A stretch of DNA of 64,000 nucleotides from Alphaproteobacteria bacterium (GTDB lineage: Bacteria; Pseudomonadota; Alphaproteobacteria; UBA2966): assembly GCA_964291395.2 (NCBI GenBank), contig OZ219856.1:1920001-1984000 (forward strand), written 5' to 3'. This document shows, piece after piece, positions 1-9,446 of the stretch (positions are counted from its first letter, which is position 1; every line of letters begins with the position of its first letter). Below the pieces are notes generated by a model. The model was not told the origin of the DNA. It was given only the letters and a program-made list of their open reading frames with translations, and did no database searches. The translations under genes and the position numbers were made by a program.

Positions 1-353
1 TGCACCCGTTTGGGCATCAGCTGGTCCTCGATCTCGATCCCGGCCAGCCCCGCGGCCTCGCACATGGCGATCGTACGATGGAGGTGCACCGGATCGCCCC
101 AGCCGCACGTCCCGTCGAGGACCAACGGCAGAGGGCAGGCGCTGCGGATATCGAGTGCGAGCTGGACGAACTCGGTGAGGGTCAATGTGGCCTCGGTGAA
201 TCCGTTGACGTAGCCCGCCGCCCCGCCGCCGAGATAGATGGCCTTGAAGCCCGACCGCTCCGCGAGCTTCGCCGCGAGCGGGTTCATCACCTGCGGCGCA
301 AGCAGAGGCTCGGGACCCTCCAACAAATCGCGGAATGCGCGTGCGGGCGTCAT
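1..353 (-). CDS. Isocitrate lyase/PEP mutase family protein (PrpB-like), runs off the window start
   Basis: Not in the ORF track. Manual translation from ATG at 353 gives MTPARAFRDLLEGPEPLLAPQVMNPLAAKLAERSGFKAIYLGGG...LVLDGTCGWG...GIEIEDQLMPKRV. Its ATG overlaps the stop of the upstream gene (ATGA). Confidence 0.85.
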   Translation of the reverse strand, partial: MTPARAFRDLLEGPEPLLAPQVMNPLAAKLAERSGFKAIYLGGGAAGYVNGFTEATLTLTEFVQLALDIRSACPLPLVLDGTCGWGDPVHLHRTIAMCEAAGLAGIEIEDQLMPKRV

Positions 354-724
354 GGATCCGTCCGGTCGCGGGCCGCGGGCAAGATCGCCGGCCGCCGGCT
401 GACCTCGCCGAACCCGAAACGCTCCGCGGGGAAGGCGTCCTCGATATCCGTGGCTGCCCAGTTCAAATCGATGGGATGGGCCGTCTCCACGAACGTGATG
501 AGCATATGGAACAGCGTCCGCGCGTCGTCCGGAAGATCGCCGAGATCCAGGGCGTTGAGGTAGTCGGCGATCTCCTCCGCCCGCGGCACCATGGCGTCGT
601 AGAACCCGCGCAGCGTCTCGATGGACGTGGCCGTCAGTTTCACGAAACGGTCGCGCTCGTTCTCGAGCGCCCACTCCTCCGCGAACGGCTCGAGCTCGGC
701 GAATTCGGACGGCAGTCTGCTCAC
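350..724 (-). CDS. Conserved hypothetical protein associated with Rieske oxygenases
   Basis: 124 aa, LPSEFAELEPFAEEWAL...FYDAMVPR. Overlaps both neighbours by 4 bp. Confidence 0.75.
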   Translation of the reverse strand: MSRLPSEFAELEPFAEEWALENERDRFVKLTATSIETLRGFYDAMVPRAEEIADYLNALDLGDLPDDARTLFHMLITFVETAHPIDLNWAATDIEDAFPAERFGFGEVSRRPAILPAARDRTDP

Positions 725-1926
725 GGGCGTGCGATCAGCTCATCGACCGCGGCGTAATGCTTCCGGAGCAGCATCTCCTGCTTCGACAGGTAGATGTTTT
801 CCATGACGCCGGATTTGAGCTGCCGTGTAATCGCTTCGATCACCGCGACGTCCTCACGGAACACCTCGCGAAGACGGGTGCGGAAATAGGTCTGGCACAT
901 GTGATCGTTCACGGTTTCCGGCTCGTAGGCGAACATCTCCGCCCGCATGAACGTCTTGTCCACGTCGATCGGCCAGAACCACGCGAGCGAATGCCAGTGC
1001 GCGCTGCACACCAGCATGATGTTGGGGAACACCTCGCCGACGTCGTGCAGCCAGTTCTCGATCCGCAGGGCGTTGACGCCCGATGGCAGACCGAGCTCCA
1101 CGGCGGCGTTGGGCGGGAACGTGGGATACATCTTGCGTCCGCGCTGGTAGGCGATGCCTTCGACCCTGGTGGGTTCGTGGTTGGGATTGCCTTCGACCGA
1201 GTAGCGGCCGTGGTAGTTGGTAACTTCCATGTACGGCCGGTGACGGTCCGGGTTGCCGGAGCCGCCCTGGTAGTCGGGCACCGTCGCCTTGTGGACGAAC
1301 AGCGCGTGGTATCCCTCCGTGAAGGAGTTGATGGCGACGTTCCAGTTGGCGTCGACCGTGATCTCGTGGGCCGCGATCTTCCGCCGGCCGCTGAAGAAAC
1401 CGCGATACTGGCCGTACATGGAGCCGAGCCACTCCTCCAGGGTCTCGCGCGGCTCCTTGTCGAAATTGACGAAGACGAAGTCCTCCCAGACTTCACAATG
1501 GACGGACAGAAGGCCGAGCGTCGCCTCGTCGATGTCCGTGAACTGGCCGCGGTCGGTGATGCCGGCAAGGCGACCGTCGTTGTGGTAGCTCCAGCCGTGG
1601 AAACCGCACACGAACGCCCGTGCCTGCCCACGACCTTCCGGGACCAGCTTGTTGGCGCGATGGCGGCACATGTTGTGGAAAGCGCGGACCTTCCCGTCCC
1701 CGCCTCTGGCGACGATCAAAGAGGTCTTGAGGGGCGGGATCTCCCGGCAGAGGTAATCGTTCTTCTCCGGGACATCGGAATCGCAGGCCACCAGGAGCCA
1801 GCCGCGCCGGAAAACCCTGTCCACTTCCCGCTGGAAAAACTCGGGCTGCATGCGCCGGAGCATGTTGACGCAACCGCCGAGGCCGCTGGTGTCGCCAACG
1901 AATCTGGTGGTGGTGACCTCCGTCAT
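721..1926 (-). CDS. Rieske aromatic ring-hydroxylating oxygenase, alpha subunit
   Basis: Rieske motif CRHR...CGFHGW. Mononuclear Fe ligands EGYHALFVH and FRED. Confidence 0.92.
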   Translation of the reverse strand: MTEVTTTRFVGDTSGLGGCVNMLRRMQPEFFQREVDRVFRRGWLLVACDSDVPEKNDYLCREIPPLKTSLIVARGGDGKVRAFHNMCRHRANKLVPEGRGQARAFVCGFHGWSYHNDGRLAGITDRGQFTDIDEATLGLLSVHCEVWEDFVFVNFDKEPRETLEEWLGSMYGQYRGFFSGRRKIAAHEITVDANWNVAINSFTEGYHALFVHKATVPDYQGGSGNPDRHRPYMEVTNYHGRYSVEGNPNHEPTRVEGIAYQRGRKMYPTFPPNAAVELGLPSGVNALRIENWLHDVGEVFPNIMLVCSAHWHSLAWFWPIDVDKTFMRAEMFAYEPETVNDHMCQTYFRTRLREVFREDVAVIEAITRQLKSGVMENIYLSKQEMLLRKHYAAVDELIARP

Positions 1927-2010
1927 GCCACGGCCCTCCTCAACTCGCCCCACGATAGCGGACCGGCCGGAGCTTGTCGCGACGCCCCCGGCCCTGCAGA
2001 CCTTCCCGCA

Positions 2011-3696
2011 TCACGCGGCCGCGAACTTCCGCAGAACATGCCCCGGGCGAGCGCCGTCCACGCAATAAGCGGCCCCATCCCAGACACGGGTGCCGTTCAC
2101 CCAAACGCCGTGAACGCCGATCGGATCACGCACCAGGCGGCTGGCGCCACCCGGAAGATCGAACGCGCGACGGGGTTTCGAGATGCCGACGGTGGCGGGA
2201 TCGAACAGGAAAAGATCGGCGAAATCCCCCTCGCGCACGCGTCCCCGGCCGACGATGCCGTAATGGTCGGCCTGATCGCTCGTAAGCTGCCGGATCGCGT
2301 CCTCAAGGGTCATGCTCTCCTTCTCGCGCACCCAACGCGACAGCAGGTAAAGCCCGTATCCGGCGTCGCACAGGAACGAGAGATGCGCCCCGGCATCCGA
2401 GAGCGCGAGGACGCTCGCCGGATGCTTGATCATCTCCTCGACGGCCTCTTCGTCGAAGTTCTGCACCTGGGCGACGAAAACCGTCCTGAGGCCTTCCTCC
2501 AGCGCCAGGTCAAAGAAGAAATCGACCGCATCCACCCCTTTCCGGCCGGCGACGGATCCGATCGTTTCGCCTTCGAGGTCACGATTGCCGCAGGACGAAG
2601 CTTCGGCAACTTGCACACGCGACCAGTCGCCATAGAAGATCTTCTGCGGTTTGGGAGCGACAAGCCCGGCCCGGAAGTCCTCGCGGAACGACGGATCGGC
2701 AATGGCCCTGGCGATCTTCTCGCTGTCGGCGCCCACCAGCGGATGCCAGGCATCGTGGCTGCCCATCAGATAAGCGTTCTCGAGGGTGAACTCCATGCTG
2801 ACGGGCTGACCCGTCACCTGGGCGAACACCCGGTGGCCGCGTTCCCGTGCTTCCGAAGCCTGGTCGAGCATGTTTCGCGCACGGTCGGGAATGGCGGGAA
2901 CGTGCAGGAGCGCCGACCAGAACACGGGGCGTTTGGTCATGTCCGCCCATCTCTCCATATCGGGTACCTGGATGTCGGGGCCGCTGGCGATCTGGAAGAT
3001 CCCGTGATCCGCTTCCGCGAGGGTGCCGACGAGGACGTCCCATTCCTCGCGAGCGGCGAGCCTCGACGGCATGGGCAGCCCATCGTCTCCGAAATGGTTG
3101 TGGGAATCGGACGACGCAAAGCCGATGGCGCCTGCATCCAGCGCTTCGGCCACCAGGGACCGCATGGTCTCGACCTCGTCATCCCGTGCTTCGCGCAGCG
3201 ACGCCTCTTCGCCCATGACGTAGGTCCGCGTCACCGAGTGGCCGGCGAGGACGGCCATATTGGGCACGATGCCGACGCGCTCCAGCATGTCGAGGTATTC
3301 CGGGAAGGATTCGTACTCCCAACGGATGCCCGCGCGCAGCGCCTCGATCGGCATGCCCTCCACCTGCGAGAGGTTGCGGGCGACGAGATCGCGGTGCTCG
3401 GGCCTGCACGGCGCGATGCCGAAGCCGCAGTTGCCGGACACGACCGTCGTCACGCCGAGAGACGTCGACGGCGAAGCGATCGGATCCCAGGTGATCTGGG
3501 CATCGTAATGGGTGTGAATGTCGACGAAGCCAGGCGCCAGCACGAGACCATCGGCATCGACCGTCCGCGCCGCCGCCTCGCCTTTGAGGTCACCCATGGC
3601 CACGATCCGGCCGTCGGCGACCGCCACGTCCGTATGCCGCAACGGCGCACCGGTGCCGTCCGCCACCTCCGCGCCCGTGATGAGAAGATCGTGCAT
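2011..3696 (-). CDS. N-acyl-D-amino-acid deacylase family amidohydrolase
   Basis: PGFVDIHTHYDAQ, GVTTVVSGNCG and SDAGAH motifs. Start set at MHDLL. Confidence 0.9.
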   Translation of the reverse strand: MHDLLITGAEVADGTGAPLRHTDVAVADGRIVAMGDLKGEAAARTVDADGLVLAPGFVDIHTHYDAQITWDPIASPSTSLGVTTVVSGNCGFGIAPCRPEHRDLVARNLSQVEGMPIEALRAGIRWEYESFPEYLDMLERVGIVPNMAVLAGHSVTRTYVMGEEASLREARDDEVETMRSLVAEALDAGAIGFASSDSHNHFGDDGLPMPSRLAAREEWDVLVGTLAEADHGIFQIASGPDIQVPDMERWADMTKRPVFWSALLHVPAIPDRARNMLDQASEARERGHRVFAQVTGQPVSMEFTLENAYLMGSHDAWHPLVGADSEKIARAIADPSFREDFRAGLVAPKPQKIFYGDWSRVQVAEASSCGNRDLEGETIGSVAGRKGVDAVDFFFDLALEEGLRTVFVAQVQNFDEEAVEEMIKHPASVLALSDAGAHLSFLCDAGYGLYLLSRWVREKESMTLEDAIRQLTSDQADHYGIVGRGRVREGDFADLFLFDPATVGISKPRRAFDLPGGASRLVRDPIGVHGVWVNGTRVWDGAAYCVDGARPGHVLRKFAAA

Positions 3697-3706
3697 GGTC
3701 AGTCCC

Positions 3707-4453
3707 CTAGGCGGCGCAGCGCCCACCGTCGACGGGCAGGAGCACGCCCGTCAGAAACGACGCGTCATCCGAGGCAAGAAAGACGGCGGCGCGGGCGACG
3801 TCCATGGGCTCACCGAGGCGCCCCATGGGAACCGTCGCCTCGAAGGCAGCGATCTTGTCCCGGTCGCCACCGAGAAAGGTATCGAGCATGGGCGTGTCCG
3901 TGGCGACAGGGCACAGCGCGTTGACGCGAATGTCCGGGGCCAGTTCCTGCGCCATGGTCAGCGTCAGGTTGGCGACCGCTCCCTTGCTCGCGTTGTACCA
4001 GGTGAGTCCCGGCCGCGGCCGGGCCGCCGCCGTCGACGCCGTATGGATGATCGCACTGCCGGACGTCATCCGGGGAATCCCGTGGACGGAGGTGAAGTAG
4101 ATGCTCTTCACGTTCACGTCGAAGATGCGATCGAAGGTTTCCTCGTCCGTCTCCGTGAGCGGCTGATTCCACTGGGGCACGCCGGCGTTGTTGACGAGCA
4201 CGTCGAAGCCGCCGTAGGCGTCCATGACGGCGTCGAACATGCCTTTCACGTCGTCGCCGTCCGCGACGTCCGCCCTGTGGAACATCGCCTCGCCGCCGGC
4301 CTTTCCGATGTCGTCAACCACCGACCGGCCGGTGTCGTCGTTGAGGTCGTTGACCACGACGCGGGCGCCTTCCCTGGCAAATTCGGTCGCCATCGCCGCC
4401 CCGAACCCGGAGCCGGCCCCGGTGATGATCGCGGTCTTCCCTTCGAGGCGCAT
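3707..4453 (-). CDS. Short-chain dehydrogenase/reductase
   Basis: TGAGSGFG, NNAG and YNASK motifs. Confidence 0.93.
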   Translation of the reverse strand: MRLEGKTAIITGAGSGFGAAMATEFAREGARVVVNDLNDDTGRSVVDDIGKAGGEAMFHRADVADGDDVKGMFDAVMDAYGGFDVLVNNAGVPQWNQPLTETDEETFDRIFDVNVKSIYFTSVHGIPRMTSGSAIIHTASTAAARPRPGLTWYNASKGAVANLTLTMAQELAPDIRVNALCPVATDTPMLDTFLGGDRDKIAAFEATVPMGRLGEPMDVARAAVFLASDDASFLTGVLLPVDGGRCAA

Positions 4454-4472
4454 CGCCGGTCCCCCTCGTTCG

Positions 4473-4925
4473 CTAACCCGCCCGGTCGGCGCGGTCGATC
4501 AGGCCCTCGCCGAAGCTGACCTTCTGCCACAATCCCTGGGCCGTGAGAACCGTCTTGTCCCCCGACGTCAGAACGCCGCGGGCCCAGACCACTCTGCCGC
4601 CCTCGCGCGTGATCTCGGACAGTCCTTCGACCCACTCGCCGAGCCTGACCGAGCTCATGAAACTGATGTTGAGGTTCACGGTCACCGCCTCGATGCCCGC
4701 GCGGATGAGCGACGTGGTGATCAACTGATCGGTAAACGTGCACAACATGCCGCCCTGAACCAGTCCGACCTGATTGATGTGCTTTTCCAGAGCCCGAAAG
4801 GCGCGGACGAAACCGCCGTCCGGCAGGTCCTTGTGATAGTACGGCCCGACCAGCTCGCCGAACGGACCGGGATGGTAGTAGGCCTCGAATCCGGGCGGGA
4901 TGTCGTCCTCGGCAACCTTGGTCAC
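4473..4925 (-). CDS. PaaI family hotdog-fold thioesterase
   Basis: FGELVGPYY...HINQVGLVQGGMLCTFTD. Confidence 0.8.
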   Translation of the reverse strand: MTKVAEDDIPPGFEAYYHPGPFGELVGPYYHKDLPDGGFVRAFRALEKHINQVGLVQGGMLCTFTDQLITTSLIRAGIEAVTVNLNISFMSSVRLGEWVEGLSEITREGGRVVWARGVLTSGDKTVLTAQGLWQKVSFGEGLIDRADRAG

Positions 4926-4937
4926 GCCGGCTTCCCC

Positions 4938-7031
4938 TTAGCGATGGGCGATCAGGAGCGAGGGAACGGCGCAGGTCACGGCGGGCTCCAGCGCCGCGCG
5001 GTCACCGTCCTTCCGCCAGACGCACGAGGTAATCTCGCCGGTCTCCAGGTTCACCCAGTTGCCGGCGCCGCCGTCCGCGTAACAGGCGTGCCGACCGACC
5101 ACGGCGCCCACGTCCATATCGCCTTCCGGCAACAACAGGAACAGCCGGAGCCGGTCTTCCGCCCCGTGCAGCATGGCCACCCGGCCACCCGCGGCCTCGG
5201 CGATATCCAACGCCGTCATCTCGCCACCGACCGCCTTCAGGACGCCATGGACATGGCGGACCATCCGGGCGGCGAGGCGCGGGTTGAACAGGCGGTCGAT
5301 CAGGCCGTTGCGCATGAAGTAGCCGCGGTCCTGGTCGACGAGAGTATCCAGGAACACGGTCAAGCGGTCCGCCGCGAGCGCCGCGGCCGTCGCCTCGGCG
5401 GCGCGACAGGCCGTGGCCAGGTCGTCCATCTGGCCGCCCCGCATGTCGTCGGCCGCGAAGCGGACGTTGACGATGGCCCGATTGCCCTGGGCCGCCGCGA
5501 ACTCCTGCGCCTCGCGAATGCCGGACCAAGCGGACACGCTGCGGTCGACCCGGAACACGACGCCGTCGATGAGCTCGCCGGCGCCGATCGAGGCCACGAA
5601 TCGGGCGACGTGTCCGCGTTCCTCGATGGGGAAGCCGCTCGAGATCATGTGCTTGAAAGTCCCGCCCTCGTGGGCCGATTGCGCCAGCGAGTGGAGCGCC
5701 GACAGATAGATCGGCGCGTCCGCCTTGGCCTTGATGTCGCGGATGGCCGCGACGGCCGTCTCCGCCTCGTCCTCCGGCACGATGAACTCGAGGGCGTCGT
5801 AGGCGTCCCGGCAATCGGCGAGCGCGGCGACGATCTTCGGTCCCGGCGTACCGTAGGTGAACACGGTGAACTCGTGACCGGCGGACTTGAGCTCACGCAT
5901 CCGCCGCAACGACGCCGGGTCGATCAGGTCTCCCGCGGGCGTCCGAACCTTCTTCACGCCCATCTCCCACAAGGCCAGCAGCGGATAGTCGTTGCGGACC
6001 CGTTTGCGCATGAATTCGTCGAGCGCGTAGTTGTGCGGAATGGTCGTCACCTCGCTCCAGGGGTGGCGGAGCTGGACGCCCACCGACGCCGGCGCGTCGT
6101 CGCGACTGTGAACGGCCGGCAAGGTGGGAGGCGCCTCCGGAAATTCCTCCCCTTCCGCCAACATGCGGCCGTAGCTGCGGATGTTGTGGGCGATGTGACC
6201 GTTCCCGTAGACCTCCACCACGAAATAACCGAGCTTGGGCCCGTCGTTGCGGCCGCCTTCCAGCGAGGGCTCGGGCCGCGAGCGCGCGAACTCCGCGTAA
6301 TCCTGGCGGACGAACGAGACCGAAGGCAGGACGTAATGTTCCGTCGCGCCCTGACGGTTGTAGAAGAAGTTGTGCACGTGGCCCGCGAAGACCGCCTCGA
6401 TTTCGTGCTTCTCGATCAGACCCAGGAGCCAGCTCCGTGCCGGCTCGTCGATGTTGTCGTAGTGGGTCTCTTCGTCCGGGTCGGTGACGTACGGCGGGTA
6501 GTGCGTGAAGAGGAAAATCCGTTCGCAACCGGTCTCGGCCAGGTCCTTCTCCAGCCAGGCCCGCTGCTCGGCCTCGAGATCGAGGCCGGAATTCATGACC
6601 GGCGAATTGATCAGCACGAAGTGGATGCCCTCGTGGTCGAAGGAGCCGTAATGCGGGCCGAACAGCTCCTCGTAGGTCTTCAGGAAGGCGTCGTTCACCT
6701 GCACGGCCGGCATCCATGAGATCTTCTTGTCGCCGCAGTCGTGGTTGCCCGGCGTGATGTGCAGGGGTGGCTCGACGCGCTCGTAGAGCCTGTTGAAATC
6801 CTCCGCGACCTGACCGAATGTCGGGTGACCCGGCACCGGATGTACGAGGTCGCCCATGTGGATGACGAAGTCGGGCTCCAGCCGGTTGACCTCCTCGATC
6901 ACGTAGCGGGAGCGCGCGTTCGCCATCGCGTTGGTCTCGAACGGCGAGGAATTCTCGTCGCCCGGATTCATATGGGAGTCCGCGATCAGCGCGAACGTGA
7001 ACAAGGGCGATTCGCCGTAAGCGATGGTCAT
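4938..7031 (-). CDS. Calcineurin-like metallophosphoesterase with a long C-terminal domain
   Basis: ADSH, GDLV, GNHD, THYP and GHVH motifs. GGGAGG RBS precedes ATG 7031. Confidence 0.85.
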   Translation of the reverse strand: MTIAYGESPLFTFALIADSHMNPGDENSSPFETNAMANARSRYVIEEVNRLEPDFVIHMGDLVHPVPGHPTFGQVAEDFNRLYERVEPPLHITPGNHDCGDKKISWMPAVQVNDAFLKTYEELFGPHYGSFDHEGIHFVLINSPVMNSGLDLEAEQRAWLEKDLAETGCERIFLFTHYPPYVTDPDEETHYDNIDEPARSWLLGLIEKHEIEAVFAGHVHNFFYNRQGATEHYVLPSVSFVRQDYAEFARSRPEPSLEGGRNDGPKLGYFVVEVYGNGHIAHNIRSYGRMLAEGEEFPEAPPTLPAVHSRDDAPASVGVQLRHPWSEVTTIPHNYALDEFMRKRVRNDYPLLALWEMGVKKVRTPAGDLIDPASLRRMRELKSAGHEFTVFTYGTPGPKIVAALADCRDAYDALEFIVPEDEAETAVAAIRDIKAKADAPIYLSALHSLAQSAHEGGTFKHMISSGFPIEERGHVARFVASIGAGELIDGVVFRVDRSVSAWSGIREAQEFAAAQGNRAIVNVRFAADDMRGGQMDDLATACRAAEATAAALAADRLTVFLDTLVDQDRGYFMRNGLIDRLFNPRLAARMVRHVHGVLKAVGGEMTALDIAEAAGGRVAMLHGAEDRLRLFLLLPEGDMDVGAVVGRHACYADGGAGNWVNLETGEITSCVWRKDGDRAALEPAVTCAVPSLLIAHR

Positions 7032-7130
7032 CAGATCCTCCCTGGTAAATCCCGCCCTCGGACGGAGCGGCACCGTCGCGGCGGCCTCGCCACCGGAACG
7101 GCGCCAGTCAAACCGCAACCGCTCCCGGAA

Positions 7131-8648
7131 TCAATGCATCCGCACCACGAATGTGTGCTCGCCGACGGTGGTCGAGACCTCGACGTCCCCGTCGACGGCG
7201 CGCCAGTCGTCAGACACGGCTCCGTCGGCGACGACGGTGCAGCTGCCGGGGTGAACGTTGGCGATGCGGAACGAGGTGGGCTCGCCCGAGGCACCCGGCG
7301 CGCCCTTGTCCGTGGCAACGATCAGACACCTGCGGTCGACGTCGTAGACAGCCTGGGACAGGCATACCTTGGGGAAGTCCACGCCGGTCACCGTGGGCTC
7401 CACGAACTTGCGCAGGTTGGGCTCCCGGAACAGGCGTCCCCAGGCCCCTTCCGTCATGGTCTCGGCCAGGGCGGTGATGGCGTTGAACTGCCCCCTCGGA
7501 TGAGGCTCGTTCAATCCAAAACCCCACCAGAATTCACCGGTGGCGTCATCCCAAGTCGGCTCGAAGCGCTCTTCCGCATAGGCCTTCAGTTTGCCGTAGA
7601 GCCCCTCGTCACCGTATTCGCGGGCGTAGATCATTCCGTAGATCACCTCGCGCGGGTTGCCGCCGGGAGTCTCTATCGGCGCGCCCTCGCGCCAGCCGAG
7701 CTGGCCGAACGCGGCCTCCACGAGAACGCGCGCGTCGTCGGGCCTCGAAGCCTGGATGAGCTGCGCAATCCCGAACTTCTGGAAGGGCTCGTGATCGCTC
7801 GGCATGTGGATGCCGAGAATCGGGTCGTAGTACATCGTCATCGAGCCCACGACCTCGCCGCCGTGAATGGAGACGTAGTGCTCCTTCGCGTACTCCCACC
7901 AGTTCTGGAAGACGCGGTTGTAGTCGCTGCCGTAGAGGGTGTCGTGGAGCCTCAGACCGAGGCCCGCGGCGGACATTCACAACGGCCAGATCTTGGTGTT
8001 CTCGCAGTGGCACCCTTCCGGACGGCCGGCCCATTGGTTGGCCAGGAATTCCGCGATGCGGGAGTGCGTCCACGTGAACGTATTCTCCCCGTCGCGCACC
8101 ATGTCGAACGGCTCGTTCCACTTCTCATCGCCGGTGACGTAGAGATGCAGACCCAGATTGACGAGAAAGAAGCCCCGGAAGAAGAGATTGCCGTCGGATC
8201 CGATGGGGTCCATCTGCAGACCCCACGGCTCGACGCCGTTGGCGGTCCAACCGGGCACGTCGTACTTGCCCCGGAGCGTCGGCGGGATCAGCGTTTCGTA
8301 CCATTCCTCCGGATACTGCTCGCGCCGGGGGTCGTCGCCGATCTGATCGAGCCAGTCCTTCGCGGCCCAATAGCCGGTGAACCGCGCGACGAGCTCGTCC
8401 AGGATCGTGCCGTAGACCTCGCGCCACGCCGGCGTGATGTCCGCCATGACGGCGACGGGCTGCGCCGAGTCCTGGAGGTCGAAGCGGTGCCAGGAGCGCC
8501 GGGGCTCGCCCGAGACGCCGTCCCAATGGGGGTGCGGCTGGCTGTCCTTGTCCCAACTGTCCGGGGTGGTCGCCTTGCGATACATGTAGCGCAACCAGCC
8601 GCGCGAGCGGTCGGTCGTCGCCTCATAGCCGCGAACAGTGCTCGGCAT
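7131..8648 (-). CDS. Linalool dehydratase/isomerase-like protein with in-frame UGA at codon 224 (probable selenocysteine), 505 aa
   Basis: ORFs 7977-8648 and 7131-7976 share a frame and are separated only by TGA (7977-7979). Read through: GCHCENTKIWPL-U-MSAAGLGLRLHDTLYGSDY. Matches recalled LinD motifs CEPDNYFVQC, YDRLHGTDY and AREMGD (here AREYGD). GGAGG RBS precedes ATG 8648. Confidence 0.85.
7940..7976 (-). promoter_or_regulatory. Putative bacterial SECIS element, copy 1
   Basis: Hairpin GGGCCUC-GGUCU-GAGGCUC. GGUCUG lies at +19..+24 after the UGA. Confidence 0.75.
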
Positions 8649-9033
8649 CCGTCTTCCTCCCTGCTGCGCGGAATTTTACCGGGGCGGGAACGGGCACCGC
8701 AACCGGCCGCGGTCAGGGGTGACACATGGGATTTCGTGTCGACAAGGGAACGAGGAAAACCAGCGTCCGTGCGGGGGGGGGGGTGAGGCGAGACTAGGCG
8801 AGACTTGGCGAGTCGAGAACCAGCCGCCGCAGGGCGTTGTCCATCCGCTTCCTGGCCCACCAAGCGACCACGCCCTGCAAACCGTTGCAGGCCGGGATTT
8901 AGCCCGAGCGGCGCTTGAGCGGCAGCCCCCACGGCGCGGTGCGCGAGCCGGTGGGCGATGACGCGGGCGCGGGCGACGATGGCGGCGCGACAGGATAGTC
9001 CGCCCGCCGCCTTTCTCGACTTCCAAATAGTTG

Positions 9034-9240
9034 TGTCGCTGACAAGTAGATTTGTCCGGTTTTGGTAGCACATCGATTGGCCGCTTCTGTTGAGGTTGCC
9101 GGCCCTGTGGGGAAGTGGTCAGGCGCGGAGCGGCTGTCCACTTCCACAAGGCTGCGGTGGGTCGCGTCGAAGCGGGTCACGCGGCCTTCCGGGTTGGGGT
9201 TTCGAGCGGTTCGCCATCGAGCTCGCGGACAACGCGGCGC
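9034..9240 (-). mobile_element. IS remnant: right end and transposase C-terminal tail (ISNCY/IS1202-group-like)
   Basis: Minus strand encodes ...ELDGEPLETPTRKAA*. A GTGGAAGTGG...CCACTTCCCCAC hairpin follows, then the end GAAGCGGCCAATCGATGTGCTACCAAAACCGGACAAATCTACTTGTCAGCGACA. Confidence 0.5.
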
Positions 9241-9446
9241 TGAGGCCGGAAAGCGCAACGCCCATGGCGCCCCTTACACAGACAATCGGACACACCCCGA
9301 ACGACAGGGTAGTTTCAAAATCGGAGTTCACGGCGACGCCCCATTCTGGGGTTGTCCTCTCATCGGTGTGGACCTATATTTCTCCACGGACACCCCGGTA
9401 CCGCCTCTGCCCTCGGCACGCGGCCGGGGTAAATTCTTTCTTGGGG

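Noticed and set aside
7131-7979. Two separate, translationally coupled genes (TGA-ATG junction)
   Set aside because: The paralog has CTG rather than ATG after the UGA, there is no RBS, and the split would cut the catalytic motif.
7977-7979. Nonsense mutation or sequencing error
   Set aside because: The same codon is TGA in two divergent paralogs and aligns to a Cys, with a conserved downstream hairpin.
757-8786. Long plus-strand ORFs (1055, 831 and 681 aa) and similar ones elsewhere
   Set aside because: Antisense shadows of real genes in high-GC DNA, with no recognisable motifs.
9060-9300. Cobalamin or other riboswitch
   Set aside because: No B12-box or other consensus found. The hairpins fit IS end structure better.
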